NCBI GenBank assembly: GCA_937925685.1
Contig: CALAMI010000008.1
Span: 77,518 to 141,517, forward strand
Length of the DNA: 64,000 nucleotides
Direction: 5' to 3'
DNA from: Candidatus Binatia bacterium
GTDB lineage: Bacteria > Desulfobacterota > Binatia > HRBIN30
Made by a program: the position numbers and the translations under genes. Shown in pieces: positions 20,576 through 29,782 of this stretch. Position 1 is the stretch's first letter. Each line of letters begins with the position of its first letter. The notes below the pieces were generated by a model. That model did not search any database. It saw nothing but the letters and a program-made list of their open reading frames with translations, and had not been told where the DNA came from.

Positions 20576-23500
20576 GCATCAGCTGCAAGCCTCGCCGGAA
20601 ACGCAGCAGGCCCTGAGCCGTTTGGGCGTTGCCTGGGATCGGCTCTGCGCGTTCGTGAACGGGCCAGCTTCGAGTTGGCAGCCGTCGGAACTGCTCGCAG
20701 TGTTTCCCGATGCTTTATTGGCGCACGCCGCAGATCCGGCAGCAGCCTTGGCAAGTTTGGAGCGCCTGGCGGAGGTGGGGAAGCACCCGGTGGTGGAAGA
20801 GAACGATTGGTGGCGGGATCTTCTCAGTCTGGTCGGAGGGAGCCCCTCGCTCGCCAACTGGCTGGTAGCTCAGGGTCACGAGTGGGTGAGCGTCTTCAGC
20901 GCGGCACGGCGGTCAGCAACCGCCGTAGCGACAGAGCACGTACAGCGGCTCGAGCCCTGCTTGTCGCAGCCGTGGCTTGAGTTCGCACATGCGCTGCGTC
21001 AGTACCGGCACTATGAGTACTTGCGTATCGGGCTCCACGACTTGGCGGGTCGCTTTTCCGTTAAAGACACTTGGTGGCAACTGAGCGAGCTGGCGGCTGG
21101 AGTGGTGGAGGCTGCTTGCCGGTGGGCCCGGCACCGCGTGGACGAAGACCACGGCTGTCTCCTGAGCCGATCGGGCGCTCCGGCCGGTTTTATCGTCCTG
21201 GGGATGGGTAAGCTCGGTGGGGCAGAACTTAATTTTAGCTCCGATATTGACTTGGTGTACCTGTACGAGACCGACGAGGGGCAAAGTGCTGGGGGTCCCC
21301 TCGGATCTCTGTCCCCGCGCGCTTATTTCACCCGCTTGGCCGAATGGTTGACCCGGGCGCTGCAGGAAGTGACGGCGTCAGGTTTTGCCTTCCGGGTTGA
21401 TTTGCGGCTGCGTCCGGACGGAATCAACGGGCCGCTGGTCAATTCGCTCGCCAATGCGCTCCTTTATTATGAATCGTATGGCCAGACGTGGGAACGTACC
21501 GCGCTTTTGAAGGCCCGGCCTATCGGAGGCAGTTTGGAGTTGGGCGAACGTTTTCTGACGGAGGTCCGCCCGTTTGTGTTTCGCCGCTACCTTGACTTTG
21601 CCACGCTTGCCGACATGCAGCGGATGAAAGCGCGAATCGATGCCGAGCTGAAAAGAAAGGGAGAGGGGTATAACGTCAAGTTAGGGCTCGGTGGCATCCG
21701 AGAGATCGAGTTTCTCGTCCAAACCATGCAGCTCATTCATGGAGGGCGAGACGAGCGTGTGCGCTGTCGGTCCACGGTGGAAGCGCTCGAGCGTCTGGGA
21801 TCTTGTCGCTATCTCCCCGAGGCGGACGCGCAGGCATTGCTCCGTGCCTACCAGTTCCTCCGGAATGTAGAGCATAAGCTTCAAATCGAGGCTCAGCGAC
21901 AAACGCACGCCATTCCTGCCGATCTCCTGAAGCAGGACATTCTGGCGCGGCGCCTCGGTTACCGCGGCCAGCTCCCACGAGAAGCGTTGTGGAAAGACCT
22001 CACGGAGCACACACAGAATGTTCGCCGCGCGTTCGAAAAGCTGTTTTTTCAGCCAGCCACCGAGCGACGTGCGCAAGCGACAGGGATCGAAGAGCGGATC
22101 GTTAGCGTGCTTGCCGACCGGGACGCAGCCCTGGAGCTGTTGTCCTCCTTTGGATTTCGTGAGCCAGAGCAAAGCTACGAGCATCTGCTGTTTTTGCGTG
22201 ATGGTCCGCCAACGGCGCCCTCGAGCCCCCGACGGCGCCAAGTGCTGTTCGAGCTCTTACCCAGCTTGTTGGCTGCAATGCGCCAGTCGCCGTATCCTGA
22301 CCTGGCCATCCAAAACATGGCCAGTTTTATCGCAGCAGTTGGTGCGCGGACGAGCTTCCTCGTGTTGCTGCGCGAAAATCCCGGCACGATGCGCATGTTG
22401 GTCCGCGTCTTCGCCACTAGTCAGTATCTCGCCAATCAGTTCATCCGCCACCCGGAACTCTTGGACTCGCTAGTTCGCGCCGATCTCGTCAGAGTGCGCC
22501 GGTCGAGGGAGGAATTATCGGCCGATTTGGGAAGTTTATTGGCCGTTGCTGAGGATTTCGAAGCGAAGCTGGACACGCTCCGGCGCTTCCGGAACCAGGA
22601 ATTTTTACGCATCGGGGTGAATTGCGTCGAGGATTTATTGACGGAGGAAGAAGTTGGCGAGGAACTCACCAGTCTGGCCGACGTGTGCGTGAACGCTGCG
22701 CTCCAGGTGGCAACCGAGGAGACGCTGGCGAGATTCGAACGGGCGGAGCTGCCGGGAAAACTCGTGATTCTTGGTTTAGGCAAGCTGGGCGCAGGCGAGC
22801 TTAACTTTAATTCGGACTTGGACCTGATCTTTGTCTACGACCCCCACGTGACGCCCCTTGCATCGAGCACACCGCACGAAGTGTTTACGTGGCTGGCCCA
22901 GCGGCTACTTACGGTGTTGCAAGTGCCGACAAAGGAAGGGATTGTTTACCGCATCGATACCCGCTTGCGGCCATCCGGGCACTCGGGACCCTTAGTTTCC
23001 TCCCTGCCGGCGTTTCGCCTTTATCACGAGCAGAGCGCGCAGGTTTGGGAACGGCAGGCCTTAATCAAGGTGCGCCCAGTTGCCGGGGATGAAGGTTTGG
23101 CTCGAGAAGTGAGCAATGTCGTGGAGAAGTTCGTGTACCGCGCTCCTCTGCGGATAGAGGAAGTGCGGGAGATTCGGCGCTTGCGCGGGCGCATGGAACG
23201 GGAGCTTGCTCGAGAGCGAGCGGATCACATCAACATCAAGACGGGCCGCGGTGGCTTAGTAGATATCGAGTTCCTTGTGCAAATGCTGCAGCTTCACTAC
23301 GGTGTGAAAGAAACGAGAGTGCGGCAGCGTGCCACGCTCCGGGCGCTGGAAGCCTTAGCGGCACTCCAGATTTTGCCTGAATCCGATGCTTGCAAGCTCG
23401 CTGCCGGTTACCGGTTTTTGCGCAGGTTGGAGCAAAGTTTACGGTTATTGCACGATCGGCCGGTTGAAGATCTCGAGCGCCATGATCTCGACCTTGTCGT

Positions 23501-23657
23501 TGTTGCTCGCCGCCTTGGCTTCGGAGGGGCCTCCGATCCAGCGCATGCTCTTTGGCAGGAATATGTCGCGCGGCGCGAGACCATTCGGGAGCTGTACGAA
23601 TCCTGGTTCGATCGGGCTGAGCGGGGTGAGCTACTCGGAGTCGGAGTTGGCGACTAG
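20559..23657 (+). CDS. glnE: Bifunctional glutamine synthetase adenylyltransferase/adenylyl-removing enzyme GlnE
   Basis: Two GlnE nucleotidyltransferase modules (GMGKLGGAELNFSSDIDLVYLYE and GLGKLGAGELNFNSDLDLIFVYD) in a 1032-aa protein. Confidence 0.9.
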   Translation: MKATTEHQLQASPETQQALSRLGVAWDRLCAFVNGPASSWQPSELLAVFPDALLAHAADPAAALASLERLAEVGKHPVVEENDWWRDLLSLVGGSPSLANWLVAQGHEWVSVFSAARRSATAVATEHVQRLEPCLSQPWLEFAHALRQYRHYEYLRIGLHDLAGRFSVKDTWWQLSELAAGVVEAACRWARHRVDEDHGCLLSRSGAPAGFIVLGMGKLGGAELNFSSDIDLVYLYETDEGQSAGGPLGSLSPRAYFTRLAEWLTRALQEVTASGFAFRVDLRLRPDGINGPLVNSLANALLYYESYGQTWERTALLKARPIGGSLELGERFLTEVRPFVFRRYLDFATLADMQRMKARIDAELKRKGEGYNVKLGLGGIREIEFLVQTMQLIHGGRDERVRCRSTVEALERLGSCRYLPEADAQALLRAYQFLRNVEHKLQIEAQRQTHAIPADLLKQDILARRLGYRGQLPREALWKDLTEHTQNVRRAFEKLFFQPATERRAQATGIEERIVSVLADRDAALELLSSFGFREPEQSYEHLLFLRDGPPTAPSSPRRRQVLFELLPSLLAAMRQSPYPDLAIQNMASFIAAVGARTSFLVLLRENPGTMRMLVRVFATSQYLANQFIRHPELLDSLVRADLVRVRRSREELSADLGSLLAVAEDFEAKLDTLRRFRNQEFLRIGVNCVEDLLTEEEVGEELTSLADVCVNAALQVATEETLARFERAELPGKLVILGLGKLGAGELNFNSDLDLIFVYDPHVTPLASSTPHEVFTWLAQRLLTVLQVPTKEGIVYRIDTRLRPSGHSGPLVSSLPAFRLYHEQSAQVWERQALIKVRPVAGDEGLAREVSNVVEKFVYRAPLRIEEVREIRRLRGRMERELARERADHINIKTGRGGLVDIEFLVQMLQLHYGVKETRVRQRATLRALEALAALQILPESDACKLAAGYRFLRRLEQSLRLLHDRPVEDLERHDLDLVVVARRLGFGGASDPAHALWQEYVARRETIRELYESWFDRAERGELLGVGVGD

Positions 23658-23730
23658 GAAGTAGGGCACGTGAGTTTTGTTGACTGCCCCGAAGTGGTGA
23701 GCTAGCGAGCTTGGCCTCTAGGAGCGGCGA

Positions 23731-24648
23731 GTGGAAAAAACGCAATACATTTGGCTCGACGGCCAGTTCCTGCCATGGGAGCAGGCCCAAGTGCACGTGC
23801 TGACACATACACTCCACTACGGACTGGGCGTGTTCGAGGGAATTCGTTGCTACGAGGGAAGCAACGGTGGCGCGTGGATCTTTCGCTTGCCGGAGCATAT
23901 CGAGCGGCTGTTTGCCTCCGCGCACATCCTGGGAATCGAAATCCCTTTCTCTCGCGACCAAGTCGAAGCTGCCTGTGTAGAGACAATACGAATCAACGGA
24001 TTGAGAGCTGGTTACATTCGTCCGCTGGTGTTTCTCGGCGATGGGGAAATGGGCTTGGCTGCCGTGCAAAATCCAGTGCGGCTGGCCATCGCCGCCTGGC
24101 CTTGGGGAGCGTACTTGGGCGATGAAGGCATCCGGCGCGGGGTGCGGTTAAAAACGTCATCCTTCCAACGGATGCATGTCAACACCTTTATGACCAAGGC
24201 GAAAGCGGTGGGTAACTATGTGAACTCCATCCTTGCAGCCGTCGAGGCGAGAAAGGCGGGGTACGACGAAGCCATGATGCTCGATACTGACGGTTTCGTG
24301 GCTGAGTGCAGCGGAGAAAACCTTTTCATTGTGCGTAGAGGCGTGGTGAAAACCCCCCCGCTCACGTCCGTTCTGGAAGGGATCACACGTGCCTCGGTGC
24401 TCAGCTTGCTCGAATCCATGTCGATTTCCTGGGTGGAGGAACGGTTCACTCGCGACGAAGCATACATCGCCGACGAAGTGTTCATGACCGGGACAGCGGC
24501 CGAAGTGACCCCAGTTCGCGAAATCGACGGGCGAGTGATCGGTGCAGGAGTACCGGGACCAATTACGCGGGCGCTTCAAGAGCGTTTCACTGCCGTCGTA
24601 CGGGGGGAAGTGGAAAAGTACCGCCACTGGCTTACAGCGGTGACCTGA
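23731..24648 (+). CDS. ilvE: Branched-chain amino acid aminotransferase
   Basis: Class IV aminotransferase fold. Conserved YIWLDG...[11 protein letters not shown]...[20 protein letters not shown] motifs. Confidence 0.9.
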   Translation: MEKTQYIWLDGQFLPWEQAQVHVLTHTLHYGLGVFEGIRCYEGSNGGAWIFRLPEHIERLFASAHILGIEIPFSRDQVEAACVETIRINGLRAGYIRPLVFLGDGEMGLAAVQNPVRLAIAAWPWGAYLGDEGIRRGVRLKTSSFQRMHVNTFMTKAKAVGNYVNSILAAVEARKAGYDEAMMLDTDGFVAECSGENLFIVRRGVVKTPPLTSVLEGITRASVLSLLESMSISWVEERFTRDEAYIADEVFMTGTAAEVTPVREIDGRVIGAGVPGPITRALQERFTAVVRGEVEKYRHWLTAVT

Positions 24649-24676
24649 GCCGTAAACACTTTTGGTGCAATTTGAA

Positions 24677-24705
24677 TTGACAGAGTTGGATGATCCGATT
24701 ATAAG
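24677..24705 (+). promoter_or_regulatory. Near-consensus sigma70-type promoter (TTGACA-N17-TATAAG) upstream of paralog A1
   Basis: ttgaca(24677-24682), a 17-nt spacer, then tataag(24700-24705), read directly. The same architecture recurs at 27186..27214. Confidence 0.55.
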
Positions 24706-24794
24706 CCCGCTGCCTGGATGTGTGTGGTGCGGAGGAAGAGCAAAGCGCCGTGTGGCGGGCCTTGGCGACGGGGGACGCGACGGAGGAACGGGGA

Positions 24795-25979
24795 GTGAAG
24801 GGTAAAGTTAGCCTGAGGGTGGTTCGATGCGCCATCGTCACCTTGGTGGCCTCTGTCAGCCTGATGCCCGCACTGCGTGCTGAGGTGACTGTAGAACGCG
24901 GCAGCTCGATCCTGATTTTCCCCAAAGTGATTTCGGACCCCGACGGATTGCTGACCCGCGGGTTCCCCGTGGAGACGATCATCCAAATCTCGAATACGTC
25001 GAACTCGTTGGCATTTGCCCATTGCTTTTACGTCAACGCCGCGCCGCTGGATCCAAGGCAACCACCAGGTCCTTTTAACCCTCCGCAATGGCAAGAGGTC
25101 GACTTTGACATTGTGTTGACCAAGCAACAGCCGACTTACTGGGTGGTCGGTCAAGGGCGCAGGGTTGATCCGACTGACCCTCAGTGCAGCCGGGTGCCGG
25201 CGGTGCTGAATTGCCCCAACGCGGGATTCGATCCTGGAGCTATTCCAGCGGTGCCGCCAAATTTCCAAGGCCAGCTCGTTTGCATTGAGGTTGACGCTGC
25301 GGGCGCTCCCTTGAACGGGAACAGACTCAAAGGTGAAGCGACTTTGATCACACCCGCTGCGACCACAGTTCAAGGTGTGACGATGCGCCTAGGTGAAACA
25401 AGCAAGTACAATGCAGTGGGGATCGTGGGATTGAACACGGATACCAATTCCAACGATGGCGACTTGAGACTTTGCCTTGGAGGGGGGCCTCGACCCGGTT
25501 GTCCCAGTGGGGCGGAGTACAATGGCTGCCCAGATGCGGTGATCGTGAATCACTTCGCGGAGCGGGCTACAATGCCAGCATTGCCCCCAGGGGACATTGG
25601 CAATTCGCGCGTGGATACAGAGGTTACCCTTGTGCCGTGTACCCAGGACTTCGAGAACCAGCTTCCGGGCAGCGTTGTGGTGCAGTTTCGCGTGACCAAC
25701 GAGTTCGAAAACCTCTTTTCAGCTAGTACGACGGTTACGTGTTGGTCGACTTTCCGCCTCGGGGACGCGGCTCGCGTTTTCGACATCAGTTTCCTCGGCA
25801 CTCGTTTTGCCCAGACTCGGATGTTTCCCGGTGGCCCTGAGCAACCTGGTTTTGTCGGGGTTTCCGAGGAGTTCTACAACGACGGAAGAGGAGTGCTTTC
25901 CAGGGCCGCACTCAACCTGCATGTCGAAGGGGAGCGTCCGGGGGGAGATATGATCACCATTCCAGAGGTGGCACCATGA
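24795..25979 (+). CDS. Secreted cysteine-rich protein, uncharacterised family, subtype A (paralog A1)
   Basis: Start placed at a GTG (VKGKVSLRVVRCAIVTLVASVSLMPALRA) with a GGAGG RBS 8 nt upstream. Signal peptide present. Shares motifs with the next three genes: LIFPKV, ISNTSN, HCFYVNA, WQEVDF, LVCIEVD, LKGEA, YNAVGI, EYNGCP, LVPCTQDF, NEFENLFSAS. Confidence 0.75.
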   Translation: MKGKVSLRVVRCAIVTLVASVSLMPALRAEVTVERGSSILIFPKVISDPDGLLTRGFPVETIIQISNTSNSLAFAHCFYVNAAPLDPRQPPGPFNPPQWQEVDFDIVLTKQQPTYWVVGQGRRVDPTDPQCSRVPAVLNCPNAGFDPGAIPAVPPNFQGQLVCIEVDAAGAPLNGNRLKGEATLITPAATTVQGVTMRLGETSKYNAVGIVGLNTDTNSNDGDLRLCLGGGPRPGCPSGAEYNGCPDAVIVNHFAERATMPALPPGDIGNSRVDTEVTLVPCTQDFENQLPGSVVVQFRVTNEFENLFSASTTVTCWSTFRLGDAARVFDISFLGTRFAQTRMFPGGPEQPGFVGVSEEFYNDGRGVLSRAALNLHVEGERPGGDMITIPEVAP

Positions 25980-27157
25980 ACCGACGCCGCTGTCTTATAA
26001 CCGTAGTGGGCGTGTTTTGGGCTGTCGGTTCTGCGTGGGCCCAGCAGGTCGGTGCTGACCGGGCCGCTGCGATGCTGGTCTTCCCGAAAGTGGTGGTCGA
26101 TACCGCTAATAGTGCTGGCCGTGGTCGGTTGGATACGTTGATCCGCATCAGTAACACGCTGAACAAGCCAATCCGCATGCAGTGTTTTTGGGTCAATGCA
26201 AACGGCCACTGCTTCAACGCGCCCGGGATCATTTGCGACCCTACGCTGTTGCCTCGAGACAATCGTTGCCCGGCAAACTCTGTGTGCGTCCCCGGTTGGC
26301 AGGAGACGGATTTTATCGTGCAGTTAACCGCGCGGCAGCCGGTAGCGTGGCTTGCGTCCATGGGGGCAACGCTGTGTAGCGATATGGCCGATCCAAACTT
26401 GCCCTGTTTTCCGATCGGTGGTGCCGGCAGGCCGAGTCCGACAAACAATCTCGAGAGTCGAGTTCCTGCAGTGCAGGAGGATCCTTTTGTTGGAGAGCTA
26501 AAGTGCATTGCGGTGGATCAAAACGACGTGCCCATCGAGGACAACGGCCTTAAGGGGGAGGCCTTAATCGTTCGCTCGGATGTGCAAATCGGTTCGAACT
26601 TCTTTGACGTGCGCGCCTACAATGCAGTCGGGATTCCAGCTCTTGCGGGCAGAAACAACCGTGACAACGTGTTGGTGCTGGGCGGAAATGGCGCCGAGTA
26701 CGCGGGCTGCCCAAACGTATTGATCTTGGACCACTTTTTCGACGGGGCCGAAGACCCCGTTACGCGGCAAAGCATCAGCACGACGCTCACGTTGGTTCCG
26801 TGCACCGAGGATTTTCTTACGCAACGGCCGACGGCGATGCCGATTCAATTCCTGGTGTTCAACGAATTTGAGCAGCGCTTCTCGACTAGCTTCCGTGACT
26901 TTAATTGTTTCCGGGAATTTCGTCTTTCGGAAATCGACACGCGGGTGCCGACGTTTTCGATCTTCCACGCCGGGGTTTCTGGCACGCTTACGGGCCAGAC
27001 GCGCATCCGAGGGGTCGTGACGAACGATCGTACGCGGGGGCAGACAGTTCTTGGCGTTGCTGAGGAAATTCGTTCCGGTGGCGGCAGCGCCGCATTCCAG
27101 TTGCACATGCAAGGCGCGCGTCCGCAAAGCGACTTTGTGTACCTGCCTTTTCAGTGA
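25976..27157 (+). CDS. Secreted cysteine-rich protein, uncharacterised family, subtype B (paralog B1)
   Basis: ATGA start/stop overlap with A1. Signal peptide MNRRRCLITVVGVFWAVGSAWA. Motifs LVFPKV, ISNTLN, QCFWVNANGHCF, WQETDF, GELKCIAVD, LKGEA, YNAVGI, EYAGCPN..DHFFDGA, LVPCTEDF, FNEFEQRFSTS, TGQTR, FQLHMQG. Confidence 0.8.
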   Translation: MNRRRCLITVVGVFWAVGSAWAQQVGADRAAAMLVFPKVVVDTANSAGRGRLDTLIRISNTLNKPIRMQCFWVNANGHCFNAPGIICDPTLLPRDNRCPANSVCVPGWQETDFIVQLTARQPVAWLASMGATLCSDMADPNLPCFPIGGAGRPSPTNNLESRVPAVQEDPFVGELKCIAVDQNDVPIEDNGLKGEALIVRSDVQIGSNFFDVRAYNAVGIPALAGRNNRDNVLVLGGNGAEYAGCPNVLILDHFFDGAEDPVTRQSISTTLTLVPCTEDFLTQRPTAMPIQFLVFNEFEQRFSTSFRDFNCFREFRLSEIDTRVPTFSIFHAGVSGTLTGQTRIRGVVTNDRTRGQTVLGVAEEIRSGGGSAAFQLHMQGARPQSDFVYLPFQ

Positions 27158-27185
27158 GAACGCAATGAAAATCGGCTCTTTTAGC

Positions 27186-27214
27186 TTGACAAGGTGGAAC
27201 CACGCAGATATAAG
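27186..27214 (+). promoter_or_regulatory. Second copy of the TTGACA-N17-TATAAG promoter upstream of paralog A2
   Basis: ttgaca(27186-27191), a 17-nt spacer, then tataag(27209-27214). It sits 29 nt after the B1 stop and about 67 nt upstream of the A2 start. Confidence 0.55.
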
Positions 27215-27280
27215 GCCGTCACTCAATCGAGGGGTTCGCCCTGGCGAACACGGTGCGGCGTGATCGAAAGGAGGAGGGTA

Positions 27281-28429
27281 ATGCGTAGGCAGCGAGGGCT
27301 AGTTGGGCTCATGGGACTCGCGGCGTTGGTCGGTTGGGGTGTTAATGCCCGATTGGCTGAAGCCCGCGTCACTACGGAGCAGAGCGCATCAATTCTGGTG
27401 TTTCCGAAAGTGATTGCCACCGCGACCCGGGACACGGTAATCCAAATCACGAACACCTCGAATAACATGCGGCATGCGCACTGCTTTTACGTGGATGGTT
27501 CGCCGGTTAATCCGGAACTTCCGGTTGGTCCGCTCAATCCTCCCCGATGGGTTGAGACAGACTTCGATATTTGGCTCACGCGGCAACAACCTACCCACTG
27601 GGTGGTGTCGACCGGTCGGTGGGACGATCCCACAGACGACTCTTGCCGCGCCGTTGCGTGTAACCCCGTTACAAGCGGCGGAAATAATGGTACTGCAGAT
27701 TGCTGTGACGCTGGTTTCGACCCTGGTCGAATTCCGCCGATGGGGCCAAATTTCACTGGGGAGCTAAAATGCATCGAGGTGGATGCGTCGGGCTTCCCGG
27801 TTCCTGGAAACTCCTTGAAAGGGGAGGCGACCTTGGTGGACCGCGGGCAAGCGACCTTTGACGTGTCGAAGTACAACGCCATTGGCTTGAAGGGCTTTGA
27901 CACGAACAACATGGACGGAGTGCTTTGTTTAGGTGGGGGGGTGAATGCGTCTTGTCCATCGGGGCCGGAGTACGAGGCGTGCCCGCAGACGTGGATGTTG
28001 GATACCCCCTCCGTGAATGCCCCACATCCAGTTATTGAGGACGCTACTACGGGCGTGGAGCTCACGGTGGTTCCGTGTTCCCAGAATTTCGAGACCCAGG
28101 AGCCAACCTCCGTTACACTTCAGTTCGCCATTACAAACGAGTTTGAGCAAACCTTCTCGGCCTCTACGACCATTTCTTGCTGGGCAACTCAGGCGCTGGA
28201 CGACATTAACCCGATTTTCGACGTGACGGCTGTGGGTGGTAACGTGTTGCTGACCCGAGTGCGCGCGGCCGCGGCCACTCCCCGAGGTATTATGGCAGTA
28301 GTCGAGGAAACAGTGTCGCATAGAGCGCTTGGCCAAGCCCGCGTGGCGCACAATCCTCACAACAGCTTTGCCGATCAGTCGGGCCAGGACTTAATCATCA
28401 TTCCGGCTGACCAGATTCAGGCCCCGTAA
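27281..28429 (+). CDS. Secreted cysteine-rich protein, uncharacterised family, subtype A (paralog A2)
   Basis: ATG preceded by AAGGAGGAGGG. Signal peptide MRRQRGLVGLMGLAALVGWGVNARLAEA. Collinear with A1 (LVFPKV, ITNTSNN, HCFYVDG, WVETDF, GELKCIEVD, LKGEA, YNAIGL, LCLGGG..CPSGPEY, VVPCSQNF, NEFEQTFSAS). Confidence 0.8.
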   Translation: MRRQRGLVGLMGLAALVGWGVNARLAEARVTTEQSASILVFPKVIATATRDTVIQITNTSNNMRHAHCFYVDGSPVNPELPVGPLNPPRWVETDFDIWLTRQQPTHWVVSTGRWDDPTDDSCRAVACNPVTSGGNNGTADCCDAGFDPGRIPPMGPNFTGELKCIEVDASGFPVPGNSLKGEATLVDRGQATFDVSKYNAIGLKGFDTNNMDGVLCLGGGVNASCPSGPEYEACPQTWMLDTPSVNAPHPVIEDATTGVELTVVPCSQNFETQEPTSVTLQFAITNEFEQTFSASTTISCWATQALDDINPIFDVTAVGGNVLLTRVRAAAATPRGIMAVVEETVSHRALGQARVAHNPHNSFADQSGQDLIIIPADQIQAP

Positions 28430-28483
28430 GGGTGCGGTGCAATGGGTAGAGAAGGGCGACGTCCTAGGAATGGGGAAAGGAGA

Positions 28484-29719
28484 ATGACGATGCGACAGGT
28501 GCGATGGGTTGGCTGGACAGTGGCTGTCGCCGCGGCGCTAAGTGTTGGGCCGAGGCCAGCCGCACGAGCGGATATCGCATCCGATAAGCCCGCGGCGGTC
28601 GTGGTGTATCCGAAGGTCCAGGTGACAGGCGCAGCGGGGGTTAATACCACGATTCGTTTGGCGAACACCAACACAACGAATCCAATTCATGTCCACTGTT
28701 ATTACATCAACGCGAGCTCCTACTGCGTCGGCGGTTTTAACGCCGGCCAAAATTGTACTCTCTCACCCACGGTGTGTACGGGCGGGGGGGTGTGTTTGCC
28801 GAGTTGGCAGGAGACTGATTTTCGGGTTGTACTCACGGCGGGCCAGCCAATTGAGTGGGTAGCGTCGGACGGACTAGCTGACGCGAACTTGCCGCTGCCG
28901 CGCGGTGTTTGCGTTCGCAATCCAACCCGGCAGTGTGGTTCCGATGCGGATTGTAACCCATTCCCCGGCGGGACTTGTACGCAGAGCAACGCTGGTACGC
29001 GGATTCCGCCAGTCCCAGACGACCCATTCATTGGCGAGCTACGCTGCATCGCGATCGATCCCCAGGGCAACCCAATTCCCCGCAACGAGCTCAAGGGGGA
29101 AGGGCAGATTGTTACGGTGACGGCCGCTGGCCCGGTGCCGGGCGGTAGCATCGACGTTGCCGGTTACAACGCGATCGGGATTCAAGCAACCGGGGCTTCT
29201 GACGGCGTCGCGAATCAGCTCACCCTCGGGCCAGGTCGGAGTGGCGAGTACAACGGGTGCCCGAACTACTTAATTGTCGATCATTTCTTCGATGGGGCAG
29301 CGAACCCGGTGCCCGGTACCGCTGCGACAATTTCGACTAACCTGGTGCTGGTGCCCTGTTCGACGGACTACCTACGGCAGATCCCTGGCTTGGCCGTGGC
29401 GCAGTATCTTGTGTTTAACGAGTTCGAACAGAGGTTTTCGACCAGTAGGGCGGTACGCTGCTACCAGGACATGCCTCTCAGCCGTATCGATACCGCGAAT
29501 AGCCTTCGTTCGATTTGGAACGTAAACGTGGCTGGGACTTTAACCGGTCAAACCCGCGTGAACCCGATTGGGGTGCCATCGAGCAACCCACCGTCGATTC
29601 CTAGTGGGTTGTTAGGGATTGCGCTGGAAACGCATACCGGGTTAGTTACCAAGAGGGCTGCTTTCAACGTGCACATGGCGGGCGATCGAGACCAGCCCGA
29701 CGTGATGATTATCCCGTAG
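28484..29719 (+). CDS. Secreted cysteine-rich protein, uncharacterised family, subtype B (paralog B2)
   Basis: ATG preceded by GGGAAAGGAGA. Signal peptide MTMRQVRWVGWTVAVAAALSVGPRPAARA. Collinear with B1 (VVYPKV, ANTNTTN, HCYYINASSYC, WQETDF, GELRCIAID, LKGEG, YNAIGI, EYNGCPN..DHFFDGA, LVPCSTDY, FNEFEQRFSTS, TGQTR, FNVHMAG). Confidence 0.8.
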   Translation: MTMRQVRWVGWTVAVAAALSVGPRPAARADIASDKPAAVVVYPKVQVTGAAGVNTTIRLANTNTTNPIHVHCYYINASSYCVGGFNAGQNCTLSPTVCTGGGVCLPSWQETDFRVVLTAGQPIEWVASDGLADANLPLPRGVCVRNPTRQCGSDADCNPFPGGTCTQSNAGTRIPPVPDDPFIGELRCIAIDPQGNPIPRNELKGEGQIVTVTAAGPVPGGSIDVAGYNAIGIQATGASDGVANQLTLGPGRSGEYNGCPNYLIVDHFFDGAANPVPGTAATISTNLVLVPCSTDYLRQIPGLAVAQYLVFNEFEQRFSTSRAVRCYQDMPLSRIDTANSLRSIWNVNVAGTLTGQTRVNPIGVPSSNPPSIPSGLLGIALETHTGLVTKRAAFNVHMAGDRDQPDVMIIP

Positions 29720-29744
29720 GGTCGAAGTTGGTGATTTGGAGAGT

Positions 29745-29782
29745 GGGCCGACCGTGGGGCAGCGCGGTCGGCCCTTTTTTTT
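29745..29782. terminator. Rho-independent terminator (GC stem + T8), shared by convergent B2 and gshB
   Basis: gggccgaccg-tggggcagcg-cggtcggccc followed by tttttttt, read directly. It lies between B2 (+, ends 29719) and gshB (-, ends 29782). Confidence 0.6.

Noticed and set aside
27215..27280. Small inverted repeat (gttcgc...gcgaac) in the A2 leader as a possible regulatory hairpin
   Set aside because: The stem is only 6-7 bp with a 2-4 nt loop and has no T-tract. Too weak to call.
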